A stretch of DNA of 64,000 nt, taken from NCBI GenBank assembly GCA_965261005.1, contig OZ253375.1, positions 2,400,001-2,464,000 of the forward strand, in the 5' to 3' direction. Each line of letters starts with the position of its first letter. Within the stretch, counting starts at the first letter, position 1. Source of the stretch: Deinococcus sp. (GTDB lineage: Bacteria > Deinococcota > Deinococci > Deinococcales > Deinococcaceae). The notes below the pieces were generated by a model that made no database searches, had not been told where the DNA came from, and saw nothing but the letters and a program-made list of their open reading frames with translations. This document shows positions 53,047 to 64,000 of this stretch, piece by piece. The translations under genes were made by a program, and so were the position numbers.

Positions 53047-53955
53047 ATGCGTGTATTTGTGACCGGCGCGTCCGGCTTTATCGGCTCTGCCGTCGTCCCC
53101 GAACTCATTCGAGCGGGCCACCAAGTCACCGGACTTGCCCGCTCGGACGCCTCGGCCGCCGCCGTCGCCGCCATGGGCGCCGAGGTGCTGCGCGGCGACC
53201 TCGACGATCTTGAGACCCTGCACCGCGCGGCAGCTGACTCAGACGGTGTGATTCAGCTCGCCTTCAAGCATGACCTCGCCTTTTCGGGCGCGATGCAAGA
53301 CGCCGCTCAGGCTGACTTGGCCGCAATCGAAGCGTTTGGGGACGCCCTTAAAAGTTCGGATAAGCCGCTGGTGATCGCTTCCGGCGTACTGGGGTTGTCA
53401 CTGGGGCAACTCGCCACCGAACAAGATCAGCCCAGCGGGGCCAGAAACTACCGCAGGATCGCCGCTCAAACCACCCTTGACCTTGCCGGTCAGGGCGTGC
53501 GCTCGTCCGTCGTTCGGCTCTCGCCCACCGTTCATGGTGAGGGCGACAACGGCTTTATGGCGTCCATCATCAACATTGCCCGTCAGACCGGCGTTTCCGG
53601 TTACGTAGCGGATGGCGAGAATCGCTGGCCCGCCGTACATCGCCTCGACGCCGCGCGCCTCTTCCGCTTGGCCGCCGAGCAGGCTCCCGCCGGTTCTGTG
53701 TTGCATGGTGTGGCCGAAGAAGGGGTCAAGATTCGCGACGTGGCCGAGGTGATCGGGCGTCACCTGAACTTGCCGGTGGTCTCGGTGCCGCGGGAAGAAG
53801 CCGCTCAGCATTTCAGCTGGCTGGGCGGCTTCATCGGCTTGGATAGTCCGGCCTCCAGCGCGCTGACCCGCGAGCTGCTGGGCTGGCAGCCGACCCATCC
53901 CGGTCTGCTGGGCGATCTCGATCAGGGGCACTACTTCGGCACGCCGTCCGCGTAA
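53047..53955 (+). CDS. SDR / NAD-dependent epimerase-dehydratase family oxidoreductase
   Basis: MRVFVTGASGFIGS, VRLSPTVHG, WPAVHRLDAA, LGWQP. Confidence 0.9.
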   Translation: MRVFVTGASGFIGSAVVPELIRAGHQVTGLARSDASAAAVAAMGAEVLRGDLDDLETLHRAAADSDGVIQLAFKHDLAFSGAMQDAAQADLAAIEAFGDALKSSDKPLVIASGVLGLSLGQLATEQDQPSGARNYRRIAAQTTLDLAGQGVRSSVVRLSPTVHGEGDNGFMASIINIARQTGVSGYVADGENRWPAVHRLDAARLFRLAAEQAPAGSVLHGVAEEGVKIRDVAEVIGRHLNLPVVSVPREEAAQHFSWLGGFIGLDSPASSALTRELLGWQPTHPGLLGDLDQGHYFGTPSA

Positions 53956-54054
53956 TGCCGAGTTCGCCGCCCCTTATTTTGCTCCACCTCTTTTGCTACA
54001 CTTCCAAGTTGCGGCACGGCCCGAGGGGGCCGGCCGGCGGAATGGAGGTGAACC

Positions 54055-54363
54055 ATGCAACAGTATGACCTCAACCTGATTCTCAATCCCAGCTTGTCCA
54101 GCGAACAAGTCGGCACCGAGAAGACGTACGTCGAGAACACGTTCAAGGCGGCCGGCGCCGAGATGATCGGCCTCGAAGAACCCGGCAACCGCCGCCTCGC
54201 CTACGCCATAGACAAGGAGCGCGAAGGCTACTTCTTGTCGTACCGCCTGAAAATGAACGGCAACCCGGAACAGAGCGTTGGCAGCGTTTTGCGCCTGCGC
54301 GACAACGTGCGGCGCGTCCTGATCGTGCGCGACCGGCCCGAGTGGAAGACCAAGAAACCCTGA
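54055..54363 (+). CDS. rpsF: 30S ribosomal protein S6
   Basis: YDLNLILNP, GNRRLAYAI, LRLRDNVRRVL. Confidence 0.96.
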   Translation: MQQYDLNLILNPSLSSEQVGTEKTYVENTFKAAGAEMIGLEEPGNRRLAYAIDKEREGYFLSYRLKMNGNPEQSVGSVLRLRDNVRRVLIVRDRPEWKTKKP

Positions 54364-54409
54364 CCCTGAGAAACCAACGTCGGGGACTTGTGTGAAGGGT
54401 GAGTCCGTG

Positions 54410-54426
54410 TTATGCTGTCAGCAGAA
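54410..54426. promoter_or_regulatory. RDRM (DdrO-binding)-like motif upstream of ssb
   Basis: TTATGCTGTCAGCAGAA, a 17-bp imperfect palindrome matching the Deinococcus RDRM pattern. Confidence 0.75.
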
Positions 54427-54524
54427 GTGAGCGGCCATTTTATCCGGCGCACTTCATTTTTTGGGCACCGCCTATTCCGCAGCAGTCCGTCCAGCAGACC
54501 TATCACTTTTGTAAGGAGACCAAC

Positions 54525-55403
<879 letters not shown>

Positions 55404-55422
55404 AGCGGCATGAGGAGAGCGT

Positions 55423-55692
55423 ATGCCCACCACCACCGAACGCAAGCCGCGGGGCAAAGGCCCCAAGCGGCCGCGCAAGCCCAAGGTTGACCCGTTCTCG
55501 ATCGGCGAGTTGGAGATCACCGATTACAAGGACGTCAAGATGCTGCGGCGCTTTGTCAGCGACAGCGGCAAGATTTTGCCGCGCCGCCGCACCGGCCTGA
55601 GCGCCAAGAATCAGCGGCGCCTCTCCGGCACCATCAAGATCGCGCGCCAACTGGCCCTCTTGCCCTACACCGAGAAGCTGGTGCGCAAGTGA
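55423..55692 (+). CDS. rpsR: 30S ribosomal protein S18
   Basis: [25 protein letters not shown]. Confidence 0.97.
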   Translation: MPTTTERKPRGKGPKRPRKPKVDPFSIGELEITDYKDVKMLRRFVSDSGKILPRRRTGLSAKNQRRLSGTIKIARQLALLPYTEKLVRK

Positions 55693-56129
55693 ACGTCATT
55701 CTGCTGGAGCCGGTCAGCAAGCTGGGCAAGACCGGCGAGGTCGTGAGCGTCAAGCCCGGCTACGCCCGCAACTTCCTGGTGCCGCAGGGCCTCGCGCTGC
55801 CGGCCAGCGAGCGCAACATGAAGACGCTGGAGGCGCGCGTAAAGGCGCGCGAAAAGCAGTCGGCCAGGGACAAGGCGAGCGCCGAGGCCCTGGGCGAGAA
55901 GCTTCAGAACGAGACCGTGACCCTGCACGTGCGCGCGGGCGAGGGCAAGATCTACGGCGCCATCACGCCTGGCGACGTGGCGCAGGCCCTCGCCAAGCAG
56001 GGCTATGACGTGGACCGCCGCAAGCTGGACATGCCCAAGGCCATCAAGGAGACCGGCGAGTACGAAATTTCGTACAAGGCGCACCCCGAGGTGAGTGTGC
56101 CGGTCAAGCTGCTGATCACGGCGCAGTAA
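55689..56129 (+). CDS. rplI: 50S ribosomal protein L9
   Basis: [26 protein letters not shown]. Confidence 0.97.
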   Translation: MNVILLEPVSKLGKTGEVVSVKPGYARNFLVPQGLALPASERNMKTLEARVKAREKQSARDKASAEALGEKLQNETVTLHVRAGEGKIYGAITPGDVAQALAKQGYDVDRRKLDMPKAIKETGEYEISYKAHPEVSVPVKLLITAQ

Positions 56130-56147
56130 AAGAAGCAAGAAAAACAA

Positions 56148-56180
56148 CAAAAAAGAGGCCCCGAGTGGGCCTCTTTTTTG
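56148..56180 (+). terminator. Intrinsic terminator after rplI
   Basis: aaaaaagaggccc-cgagt-gggcctctttttt. Confidence 0.85.
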
Positions 56181-56244
56181 TTGTGAACGTTCAAATGTTG
56201 AAAGCGACCTGCCGCGCGGAGGCCCCTTCGCTACACTGCTTGCC

Positions 56245-56988
56245 ATGAAGATTGCCGTTCTCGCCGACCTGCACGCCAATTTGAGCGCCACCTTGGCGGT
56301 GCATGCGGACATCCGGCGGCGCGGGGTATCAGCCATATGGGTGTTGGGCGACTTGGTGGGCAAGGGGCCGCGCCCGCGCGAAACCGTGGCGTGGGCCATG
56401 ACCCACGCCGACAAGGTGGTGCAGGGCAATTGGGACGCCCGCGTGGCCGGCGCCAGCCACCGCCCGCAGGACTTGTGGCCGCGCGCCCAATTGACGCCGG
56501 GTCAGCTCGCTTACCTTTCCCAGCTGCCGTTCGGCTTCGAGGAAAAGTATTGCGGCCTGACCTGGCGCTTCGTCCACGCCTCCAGCAAGAGCGTGTTTCA
56601 TCGCCTGTATCCGCACGCCAGCTTGCACGACCAGCTGTGCGCCTTTGAGCCGAACCCCGAGGTGGGGCTGTTCGGGCGGGCCGACGCGCTGGTGTACGCC
56701 GACATTCACGAGGCGCTGCTGCTCGACGTGGAGGGGCGTCCCCTGATCAACTGCGGCAGCGTGGGCAATCCGCTCGACTCCACGCTGGCCTGCTACCTGC
56801 TGTTGGAGTTCGACGATTGCGGCTATAGCGTCTCCTTTGTGCGCTTGGCCTATGACCGCGCCGGCGAGATCGCGGCGGCCGAGGCGTCGGGCATGCCCTT
56901 CACGCGCGAATACGTGCAAGAGCTGCTGACCGGCGCCTACCAAAAGCGGCGGGCGCGGGGGGGCGCGTTTGAGGAGGAGGCGTCCTGA
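56245..56988 (+). CDS. Metallophosphoesterase family protein
   Basis: ADLHAN, LGDLVGKG, GNWD, NCGSVGNP. Confidence 0.88.
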   Translation: MKIAVLADLHANLSATLAVHADIRRRGVSAIWVLGDLVGKGPRPRETVAWAMTHADKVVQGNWDARVAGASHRPQDLWPRAQLTPGQLAYLSQLPFGFEEKYCGLTWRFVHASSKSVFHRLYPHASLHDQLCAFEPNPEVGLFGRADALVYADIHEALLLDVEGRPLINCGSVGNPLDSTLACYLLLEFDDCGYSVSFVRLAYDRAGEIAAAEASGMPFTREYVQELLTGAYQKRRARGGAFEEEAS

Positions 56989-56997
56989 GTTCGGCGT

Positions 56998-58326
56998 TCA
57001 GGTCCAGCGCTCAACGTAAGCGTCCACGTCGAACTTGCGCCTCAGGCCCGCCTCGCCGGCGCTTCTGACGGTGCCGTACACCGGCCGGGCGCCCCAGGGG
57101 CGGTCGTGGCCACCGAAAATCCAGGCGACGTTGGTGTAGCTGTTGGGATCGCGCCCGTCCAGAAAGTACTTGTCGTTCAGGTACAGCAGCGTGGCGTGCG
57201 CCTCTTGAGGGGTGGCCGACCACTCCAGCACCTTTTTGCCCCAGTAGATGCGCATGTAGTTGGCCATGCGCCCGGTCCTAACCATCTCGGTCTGGGCGGC
57301 GTTCCAGGCGGGGTCGTGGGTGCGCGCGGCCTCGAAGTCGGCGCGGGCGTAGAGGTGGGGGCGCGGGTCGCCCTCGTGTTCGGCGAGCGTCCGGCGCGCC
57401 CACTCGGGCAAACCGGCGTAGCGGTCGTAGTCGGGGTTGAACTCGCAGAAGTTGAGCGCCAATTCGCGGCGCACCACCAACTCCTCCAGAAAGGCGGCGC
57501 TCGCGGGGTGTTCCCGCGCCTCCAGCGCCACCCGCAGCGGCGAAAGTTGCCCGTAGTGCAGGTACGCCGATAAGCGCGATGCGGCCCCGGCGTTGGGGTC
57601 GTTGCGCTCGGCGTCGTAGCGGCCCAGGTCACGGTCCACAAAGGCGCTCAGCCGCGCTATGCCGGCCTCGCTGCCGCCCGTTTCCGCGCCGGGGGGCACG
57701 CCCTCGTCCGCGCCGAGCCGCCGCACCAGGGCCGGAACGTCGGTGAGGTCGAGGTCGCCCGGCAGGTCCGGTGAGCCGTGAAGGGCGTCTTGCGCCTCCA
57801 CCGGCACCAGGTACTTCTCCAGCAAGCGCTGCACCTTCGGCCGCAGGGTGCGCGCCGCCCACTCCCGCTTGTCCGAAACCGTGTTGACCGGAATGACGGC
57901 GTCGCTCTCGACTTGAACAAAGGGGACGTGCAGCTGCTCGGCCAGCTAGCCTCGCCAAGCCCTCAGCGGGCGCAGGTAGGCGCGGTCGGTCACGACCAGC
58001 GAGGCGTCCCCGGCGAGTTCAAGCGCTCCTCTCGGCGCCTCAACTTCCCGTACCAGCAAGTCCAGCCCACGCCGCCGCAGCCCGGCCCTCGCGTCGCGCA
58101 GTCCCTCCAGCAAAAAGGTGAACGAGCGCACGTTGGCGTTCGGGTAACCGGCGGTCAGGCCGAAGTAGACCGCGAGCGGTTGCCCGAGGGCGTTCGCTCG
58201 CTCAAGGGCGTACTCCAGCGCGTGGTTGTCCTCGGCGCGCGCCGAGGCTTGCATCCAGTACAGCACGTAGCGGCCACCGATCGGCTCGCCGGGCCGCAAA
58301 ATTTTCACGCGCTCTGGCTGGATCAT
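56998..58326 (-). pseudogene. phr: Class II CPD photolyase interrupted by an in-frame TAG at 57946-57948
   Basis: YVLYWMQ..R..DNHAL (5' part); SRLSAYLHYGQLS, EELVVRREL, THDPAWNAAQ, YMRIYWGKK, DGRDPNSY, RPVYGTVR (3' part); both parts in the same frame. Confidence 0.85.
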
Positions 58327-58436
58327 GCGGACGTTGTAGAGGGTTTGCGCCGCGCGAACTGTCAGCCCCGGCAACCTTTATAAACTCTCAATTCACGGGG
58401 CCGGCGGGCGTGTTGGGGCCGGGGGTAAACTGGCGC

Positions 58437-60434
58437 ATGACCACCGAACCCGCGACCAAAACGACCAACCTGGATCAGCTGTCCATAGATACCATTCGCA
58501 CCCTCGCGCTCGACACCGTGGAGCGGGCGGGGAACGGCCACCCCGGCGCTCCCCTCGGCATGGCGCCGATGGCCTACGTGCTGTGGACCAAGTTTCTGCG
58601 CTTCAACCCCCAGGACCCGTATTGGATGGGCCGCGACCGCTTTGTGCTGTCCCCTGGGCACGCCAGCGCGCTGATCTACACGCTGCTGCACCTGACCGGC
58701 TACGACCTGAGCGTGGACGACCTCAAGAACTTCCGCGAGTGGGGCAGCAAGACGCCCGGCCACCCGGAGTTTCACCACACCCACGGCCTCGACGCCACGA
58801 CCGGCCCGCTGGGGCAGGGCGCGGCCATGACGGTCGGCATGGCCCTGGCGGAGGCGCACCTCGCCGCGCGTTACAACCGCGAGGGGTTCGAGCTGTTCAA
58901 CAACCACACCTACGCCATCGTGTCGGACGGGGACTTGCAGGAGGGCGTCAGCCACGAGGCGGCCAGCCTGGCGGGGCACCTTCGGCTGGGCAAGCTGATC
59001 TGGCTGTACGACGACAACGACGTGCAGCTCGACTCGGCCACCAACGTCAGCTTCAGCGACGAGACGACCGGACGCTTCGAGGCTTACGGCTGGCGGGTCT
59101 TGCAGGTTCACGACGGCAACGACACCGCCGCCATCGAGCAGGCCATTCACGCGGCGCGCGAGCAAGGCGGCCAGCCCACCCTGATCCGGGTCAAGACCAT
59201 TATCGGCTACGGTTTGCCCAAGTCGGGCACCAGCAAGGTCCACGGCGAGGCGCCCAGCGCCGAGGACGTGGCGGCGGCCAAGCAGCTGTACGGCTGGACC
59301 TACCCGGAACCCTTCACCGTGCCAGAGGAGGTGCGGGCGCACATGGACGTCACCGAGCGCGGCGCGCGTCAGGAGCAGGCTTGGAACGAGTTGCGTGACG
59401 CCTACAAGGCGGCCCATCCAGAACTGGCTGGGGAACTCGACCTCGCCATTCGCGGCGACCTGCCGGAGGGCTGGAACGCCGATTTGCCCAGCTTCGAGGC
59501 GGGCGGCAAGCCGGTGGCGACCCGGGTGGCCAGCGGCAAGGCCCTCAACGCCATTGCGAAGCGCGTCCCCGAATTGATCGGCGGCAGCGCCGATCTGGCC
59601 GGCTCCACCAAGACCAACATCGAGGGTGAGGCCTTTACCAAAATCGGCGAGTTCGGCGGGCGCAACATCTACTTCGGCGTGCGCGAGTTCGGCATGGCCG
59701 CCGCCGCCAACGGCATGAGTCTCTACAGCGGCCTGCGCCCCTACGTGGGCACCTTCATGGTGTTCAGCGACTACCTCAAGGCGGCCCTGCGCCTCTCAGC
59801 CCTGATGAACCAGCCGGTGATCTACGTGTTCACCCACGACTCCATCGGCCTCGGGGCCGACGGCCCGACCCACCAGCCCATCGAGCAGCTCGCGCAGCTG
59901 CGCGCCACCCCCAACGTGCAGGTCTTCCGCCCCGCCGACGCCAACGAGACCGCCGCCGTGTGGCAGATGGCCGTGGAACGCAAAGACGGCCCCAGCGCCC
60001 TGATCCTGTCGCGCCAAGACCTGCCCATTCTGGCCCGCAACCACCAAGGGGTGCGGCGCGGCGCCTATGTCGTGCGTGAGGCCGAGGGCGGCGCGCAGGT
60101 CATCCTGATCGCCACCGGCTCGGAAGTTCACCTGGCCCTCGACGCGGCCGACCTGCTGGCGGGTGAGGGCGTCCGGGCGCGGGTGGTCAGCATGCCCAGC
60201 ATGGAAGTCTTCCGCGCGCAGGACAAGGCGTATCAGGACTCGATTTTGACCCCCTTTGTTAAGCGGGTCGCCATCGAGGCCGCCTCGCCGCTCGGTTGGC
60301 ACGAGTGGGTGGGCTTGGAGGGCGCCGTGATCGCCATGCACGGCTTCGGCGCCAGCGCCCCTTACCAGATTCTGATGGAGAAGTTCGGCTTCACCCCACA
60401 GAACGTGGCAAAGGTGGCGAAGGGGATTTTGTAA
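58437..60434 (+). CDS. tkt: Transketolase
   Basis: [48 protein letters not shown]. Confidence 0.97.
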   Translation: MTTEPATKTTNLDQLSIDTIRTLALDTVERAGNGHPGAPLGMAPMAYVLWTKFLRFNPQDPYWMGRDRFVLSPGHASALIYTLLHLTGYDLSVDDLKNFREWGSKTPGHPEFHHTHGLDATTGPLGQGAAMTVGMALAEAHLAARYNREGFELFNNHTYAIVSDGDLQEGVSHEAASLAGHLRLGKLIWLYDDNDVQLDSATNVSFSDETTGRFEAYGWRVLQVHDGNDTAAIEQAIHAAREQGGQPTLIRVKTIIGYGLPKSGTSKVHGEAPSAEDVAAAKQLYGWTYPEPFTVPEEVRAHMDVTERGARQEQAWNELRDAYKAAHPELAGELDLAIRGDLPEGWNADLPSFEAGGKPVATRVASGKALNAIAKRVPELIGGSADLAGSTKTNIEGEAFTKIGEFGGRNIYFGVREFGMAAAANGMSLYSGLRPYVGTFMVFSDYLKAALRLSALMNQPVIYVFTHDSIGLGADGPTHQPIEQLAQLRATPNVQVFRPADANETAAVWQMAVERKDGPSALILSRQDLPILARNHQGVRRGAYVVREAEGGAQVILIATGSEVHLALDAADLLAGEGVRARVVSMPSMEVFRAQDKAYQDSILTPFVKRVAIEAASPLGWHEWVGLEGAVIAMHGFGASAPYQILMEKFGFTPQNVAKVAKGIL

Positions 60435-60627
60435 AGGAAAAGGGAAAGGGGCGGAGGGCTGTTTTGCTCTCCGCCTTCACGGGCGGCCAGGGGGCGGCGA
60501 TCTTGAGCGACAGTTCCAGGCCAGGGCCGAAGTTGCCGCGCCCGATGAAGGCGACGCTCTGCGGCTTGAAGCCAAACAGAAGTCAAGTCAGGGTCGGCCC
60601 AGCAGAACGTTTTGCCGGAAAGCTGTT

Positions 60628-60795
60628 TCACAAGATGGGGAGCGCGTCCACCGACAGATACCCCTCGATGGCCTCGCGCACGTTATCCATCAGTTTTTCA
60701 AGGGTGTCGCCCTGAGAAGCGCAGCCGGGGAGCGCGGGCACCTCAGCCCAGTAGCCGCCCTCCTCGGCGTCGTGAACGATGACCTTGAGTTTCAT
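60628..60795 (-). CDS. HicB-family antitoxin (55 aa, below the ORF-track cutoff)
   Basis: Translated by hand: MKLKVIVHDAEEGGYWAEVPALPGCASQGDTLEKLMDNVREAIEGYLSVDALPIL. Confidence 0.85.
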   Translation of the reverse strand: MKLKVIVHDAEEGGYWAEVPALPGCASQGDTLEKLMDNVREAIEGYLSVDALPIL

Positions 60796-60856
60796 GCCTG
60801 CATTGTAAAGGTTGTTTCCCTCGCCCCTTGCGCCCTTCGCCCTTATCCTTGAGCGA

Positions 60857-61486
60857 ATGCAAGCCGAATCAGCACAACCTCAGCGCGGACTTTTGATCGT
60901 CATTTCGGGCGCGTCGGGCGTGGGCAAGAACACCCTCTGCGCGCGCCTGCTGCGGCGGGTGCCGATGCACTTCTCGGTGTCGTGGACGACCCGGCCGCAG
61001 CGCCCCGGCGAGGTGGACGGGCAGGACTACCACTTTCGCAGCCGCGCGGCGTTTCTGGCCGAGCTGGAACTGGGCGGCGGCTTTTTCGAGCACGCCGAGT
61101 TTGTGGGCAACCTGTACGGCACGCCGCGCGCCCCGCTGGAAGCGGCCCTGGCGCGCGGCGAACACGTGCTGCTGGACATCGAGCTGGCGGGCGCCTTGCA
61201 GGTCGCGCGGCTCGCGCCGGAGGCCGTGCTGGTCTTCGTGCTGCCACCCAGCTTCAGCGAACTGCGCGCCCGGTTGCTGCGGCGCGGCACCGAGACGCCT
61301 CAAAAGATCGAGGACCGCCTGGAACGCGCCCGGCAAGACATCAAGGCGGCGCAGCGCTTTCACTACATCGTGGTCAACGACGAGGTCGAGGCGGCGGTGG
61401 CCGATTTGGAGGCCATCGTGCGCGCCGAGTTGCTGCGCTCGAAGCGCATGGAGATGGCCGAACTGGACCGGGTGGCGGGCAGCTGA
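60857..61486 (+). CDS. gmk: Guanylate kinase
   Basis: [38 protein letters not shown]. Confidence 0.95.
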   Translation: MQAESAQPQRGLLIVISGASGVGKNTLCARLLRRVPMHFSVSWTTRPQRPGEVDGQDYHFRSRAAFLAELELGGGFFEHAEFVGNLYGTPRAPLEAALARGEHVLLDIELAGALQVARLAPEAVLVFVLPPSFSELRARLLRRGTETPQKIEDRLERARQDIKAAQRFHYIVVNDEVEAAVADLEAIVRAELLRSKRMEMAELDRVAGS

Positions 61487-62001
61487 TGCCGCTTTCGCTG
61501 GTTCAAGGCGACATTGCCCTTCAGGGTGCGGACGCCCTGGTGACGGCGGCGAACGCGCAGCTCGCGGGCGGCGGCGGCGTGGACGGCGCCATTCACCGGG
61601 CGGCCGGGCCAGAACTGCTGCGCTTTATTCGCCAATTGGGCGGCTGCCCCACCGGCTCGGCGGTCATCTCGCCAGCTTTTGACTTGGCGGAACGCGGGGT
61701 GAAGTACGTGATTCACGCGGTCGGCCCGGTGTGGCGCGGCGGCGAGTCGGGCGAACCCGATTTGCTCGCCTCGGCCTACCGCAGGAGCGTCGAATTGGCG
61801 CTGGAGCGTGGCTGCGCGAGCTTGGCCCTGCCGTCGCTGAGCACCGGCGTCTACGGCTACCGGCCGGCGCTGGCGGCCCCCGTGGCCGTGCGGGCGATTA
61901 CGGACGCCCTGAGCGGACATGACTTGGACGCGCGCCTGGTTTTGTTCGACCGGGAAAGCTTCGAGGTGTTCGGGCGCGCCTTGGCGGCCGTCGGCGAATA
62001 G
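61486..62001 (+). CDS. Macro domain protein (O-acetyl-ADP-ribose deacetylase-like)
   Basis: [40 protein letters not shown]. Confidence 0.92.
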   Translation: MPLSLVQGDIALQGADALVTAANAQLAGGGGVDGAIHRAAGPELLRFIRQLGGCPTGSAVISPAFDLAERGVKYVIHAVGPVWRGGESGEPDLLASAYRRSVELALERGCASLALPSLSTGVYGYRPALAAPVAVRAITDALSGHDLDARLVLFDRESFEVFGRALAAVGE

Positions 62002-62179
62002 ATTTGACTTCGCGTGCATACCGCGCTATACTTGTTTACATCAGTGGCCGAAAGGCCGCTTTTTTGTTGCCACCTTTTTTGTTGCCCGCCTTCTGAGCTT
62101 ACGCCTTTCAAGCTTTTTCCAAACTTTGGCTCAAGGCGTGGGGCATCATCGGGGGCGGGGGCGGGTGCAGCATGGCCAG

Positions 62180-62944
62180 ATGGACTCATCAGCCCCGAAG
62201 CCTCCGCCGCAGAAGAAACGCGCGCGCGAAGCTTGGGACGCCTCGCGCACGAGGGGCGGCTTCGCGACGTTGACCGACAAGGCGCTGGAGGTGAACCGCC
62301 GCCTCGGCGAGGTCTACGGAGGGCGCGTCCACGAGCCGCGCCGCGAGCCGATGCACGAATTGATCTCCACCATCTTGTCGCAGCGCACCACTTGGCAAAA
62401 CGAGGATTTGGCCTACCGCCGCATGAAGGCGCGCTTTCCCACTTGGGACGACGTGGCGCGGGCTGACACGGCCGAACTGGCCGACGCCATCTCGCCGTCC
62501 AACTTCGCCGAGGTCAAGGCGCCCAACATCCAGCGCACCCTGAAGTACATCTGCGACAAGCGCGGCGACTACGACCTGTCGTTTCTGGCGGACCTCAGCC
62601 CCGAGGAGGGCATGGCCTGGCTGCTGGACTTGCCCGGCGTGGGCCTCAAGACCGCGAGCCTGGTGCTGCTGTTCTGCTTTCGCAAGCCGGTCTTGCCGGT
62701 GGACACCCACGTGCAGCGGGTCAGCGCCCGCACGGGGTTGATCGCACCGGGCGTGATGCACGAAGCGGCGCACCGCATTTTGCTGGAAGTGCTGCCGGGG
62801 GAGCCGGCCCTGCTGTACGACTTTCACATCAACCTTCTCAAGCACGGCCAAAAGGTGTGTACCTTTTCCCGGCCGCGCTGCTCGAAGTGCGTGTTGACGG
62901 ATATCTGTGACTACTTCGCCGACCCGGACACCGAGAAGTCTTGA
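62180..62944 (+). CDS. nth: Endonuclease III family HhH-GPD glycosylase
   Basis: ILSQRT, LPGVGLKTA, PVDTHV, C-x6-C-x2-C-x5-C. Confidence 0.88.
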   Translation: MDSSAPKPPPQKKRAREAWDASRTRGGFATLTDKALEVNRRLGEVYGGRVHEPRREPMHELISTILSQRTTWQNEDLAYRRMKARFPTWDDVARADTAELADAISPSNFAEVKAPNIQRTLKYICDKRGDYDLSFLADLSPEEGMAWLLDLPGVGLKTASLVLLFCFRKPVLPVDTHVQRVSARTGLIAPGVMHEAAHRILLEVLPGEPALLYDFHINLLKHGQKVCTFSRPRCSKCVLTDICDYFADPDTEKS

Positions 62945-63165
62945 CCAAGGCGGACCTGAACGACTTGATGGCCCAGGTCATCCGGGCAAGCCGGCGCGCC
63001 CGTCAGCTTGCGCGCGCGGGCCACAACCCGGTGGCCCTCGCCAGCGCCGACCACTTCGAGCAGGGTGCGGCGACCGCCTACCGCAATCAAAACCGCGAGC
63101 AGTTGGAGCAAAACTTGCAGGCAGTTCAAGCCCTGGCCGCACAATTAGCCGTGCCGCGCGAATAA
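62941..63165 (+). CDS. Hypothetical protein
   Basis: 74-aa ORF overlapping the nth stop (TTGA). Confidence 0.55.
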   Translation: MTKADLNDLMAQVIRASRRARQLARAGHNPVALASADHFEQGAATAYRNQNREQLEQNLQAVQALAAQLAVPRE

Positions 63166-63417
63166 CGGGGACTCTCTCAGCTTCGCCGCCGACTTACGGC
63201 TTTCTTAGCTGTGCATGAATAAATAAAAAAGCTCCGCCCGTAACCGTTTGTCCGAGTCTTTAAGCAGACTTGAACTGGTCTTCAAAAAGATTTTATAAGG
63301 TGAGGAAGTTTACATAGAAGGTTGCCCTCGCCCTTATGCTTGAGGCACGTCGGCTCAGTGTGCCTTCGTGAATGGAAAAGCTCTCATCAAAGAGGGTTTT
63401 GCCAAGGAGGAACAAAC

Positions 63418-63696
63418 ATGTGGGGTTGGATTGTTGCTATTCTCGTCGGCGCGCTGTGCGGATGGATTGCCAGCATCATCATGAAGACGAACGCTCAGCA
63501 GGGCGCCATCGCCAATATCGTGATCGGCATTGTCGGGGCGCTGCTGGCCAGTTGGATTTTCGGCTCTCTGCTCGGCATCGGCACGGCCATCGGTCAAAGT
63601 GCCGGCAACGGGTTCAATTTCTGGACCATTATCTGGGGCATCGTCGGCTCGGTCATCTTGATCGCCATTCTCAAGGCGCTCAGGGTCCTGCGCTAG
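63418..63696 (+). CDS. GlsB/YeaQ/YmgE family membrane protein
   Basis: [17 protein letters not shown]...[14 protein letters not shown] aggagg. Confidence 0.9.
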   Translation: MWGWIVAILVGALCGWIASIIMKTNAQQGAIANIVIGIVGALLASWIFGSLLGIGTAIGQSAGNGFNFWTIIWGIVGSVILIAILKALRVLR

Positions 63697-63752
63697 CCAA
63701 AAGTATCTGTTAGGAAGGCAGGGCGGGAATTCCCGCCCTGCTTCTTTTTGGT

Positions 63753-64000
63753 TTAAGCGCGGCGCGGGCGGGCCAGCAAGCTGCCCAGCAACAGCAAAAT
63801 CACGCCGACCACCACGCAGCTGTCGGCGATGTTGAAGATGGGGAAGTTGCCGGCGCCCAGCGCGCGGGTCACCGCCGAGAGGGCCGGCGAGTAGATCATG
63901 TCGGTGACCTGACCCCGAATCAGGCCGTCTATGGCGTTGCCCATCGCGCCCGCTGCGATGATGCCCAGCACGGCGGCGGTATAGCGGTCGGGCGGTTTGC
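63753..64000 (-). CDS. lspA: Lipoprotein signal peptidase, partial (3' end)
   Basis: GAMGNAID...G.VTD...FPIFNIADS. Confidence 0.9.
   Translation of the reverse strand, partial: KPPDRYTAAVLGIIAAGAMGNAIDGLIRGQVTDMIYSPALSAVTRALGAGNFPIFNIADSCVVVGVILLLLGSLLARPRRA

Noticed and set aside
57946..57948. Pyrrolysine recoding of the photolyase TAG
   Set aside because: No pyl genes in the window, the position is not catalytic, and I know of no such recoding in this lineage.

Overview
GC-rich chromosomal segment, very likely from a member of the Deinococcaceae (two-OB-fold SSB in rpsF-ssb-rpsR-rplI, an RDRM/DdrO-like palindrome before ssb, many leaderless TANNNT-N5-7-ATG starts). 1-10.9 kb: minus-strand contractile injection system (CIS/eCIS) with sheath, two gp19-like tubes, a chaperone-like protein, a 58-aa protein, a 1821-aa DUF4157-like protein with an internal duplication, gp25 and a baseplate protein running off the left edge. 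No spike/PAAR/LysM genes are visible at their usual position. 11-39.7 kb: mostly housekeeping (APC transporter, pxpBCA, tRNAs, comEA-comEC-birA-bioY, trpF, DUF2382 stress genes, holB, hemW, ahbAB-like, pheST). It includes a cluster of four perfect DnaA boxes with no dnaA nearby and a leaderless Phe-Phe leader-peptide attenuator before pheS. 39.7-50.3 kb: two tRNA-anchored accessory islets. One carries toxin-antitoxin genes; the other has an integrase remnant, an IS4-family element with TIRs and a 9-bp TSD splitting a secreted-protein gene, an MmeI-like RM gene and a DUF2335 gene pair. 50.3-64 kb: tRNAs, oxidoreductases, a decayed TetR, the ribosomal/ssb operon, a class II photolyase with one in-frame TAG, tkt, hicB, gmk, macro domain, nth and lspA. 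All family calls come from motif recognition by eye; no database searches were run.
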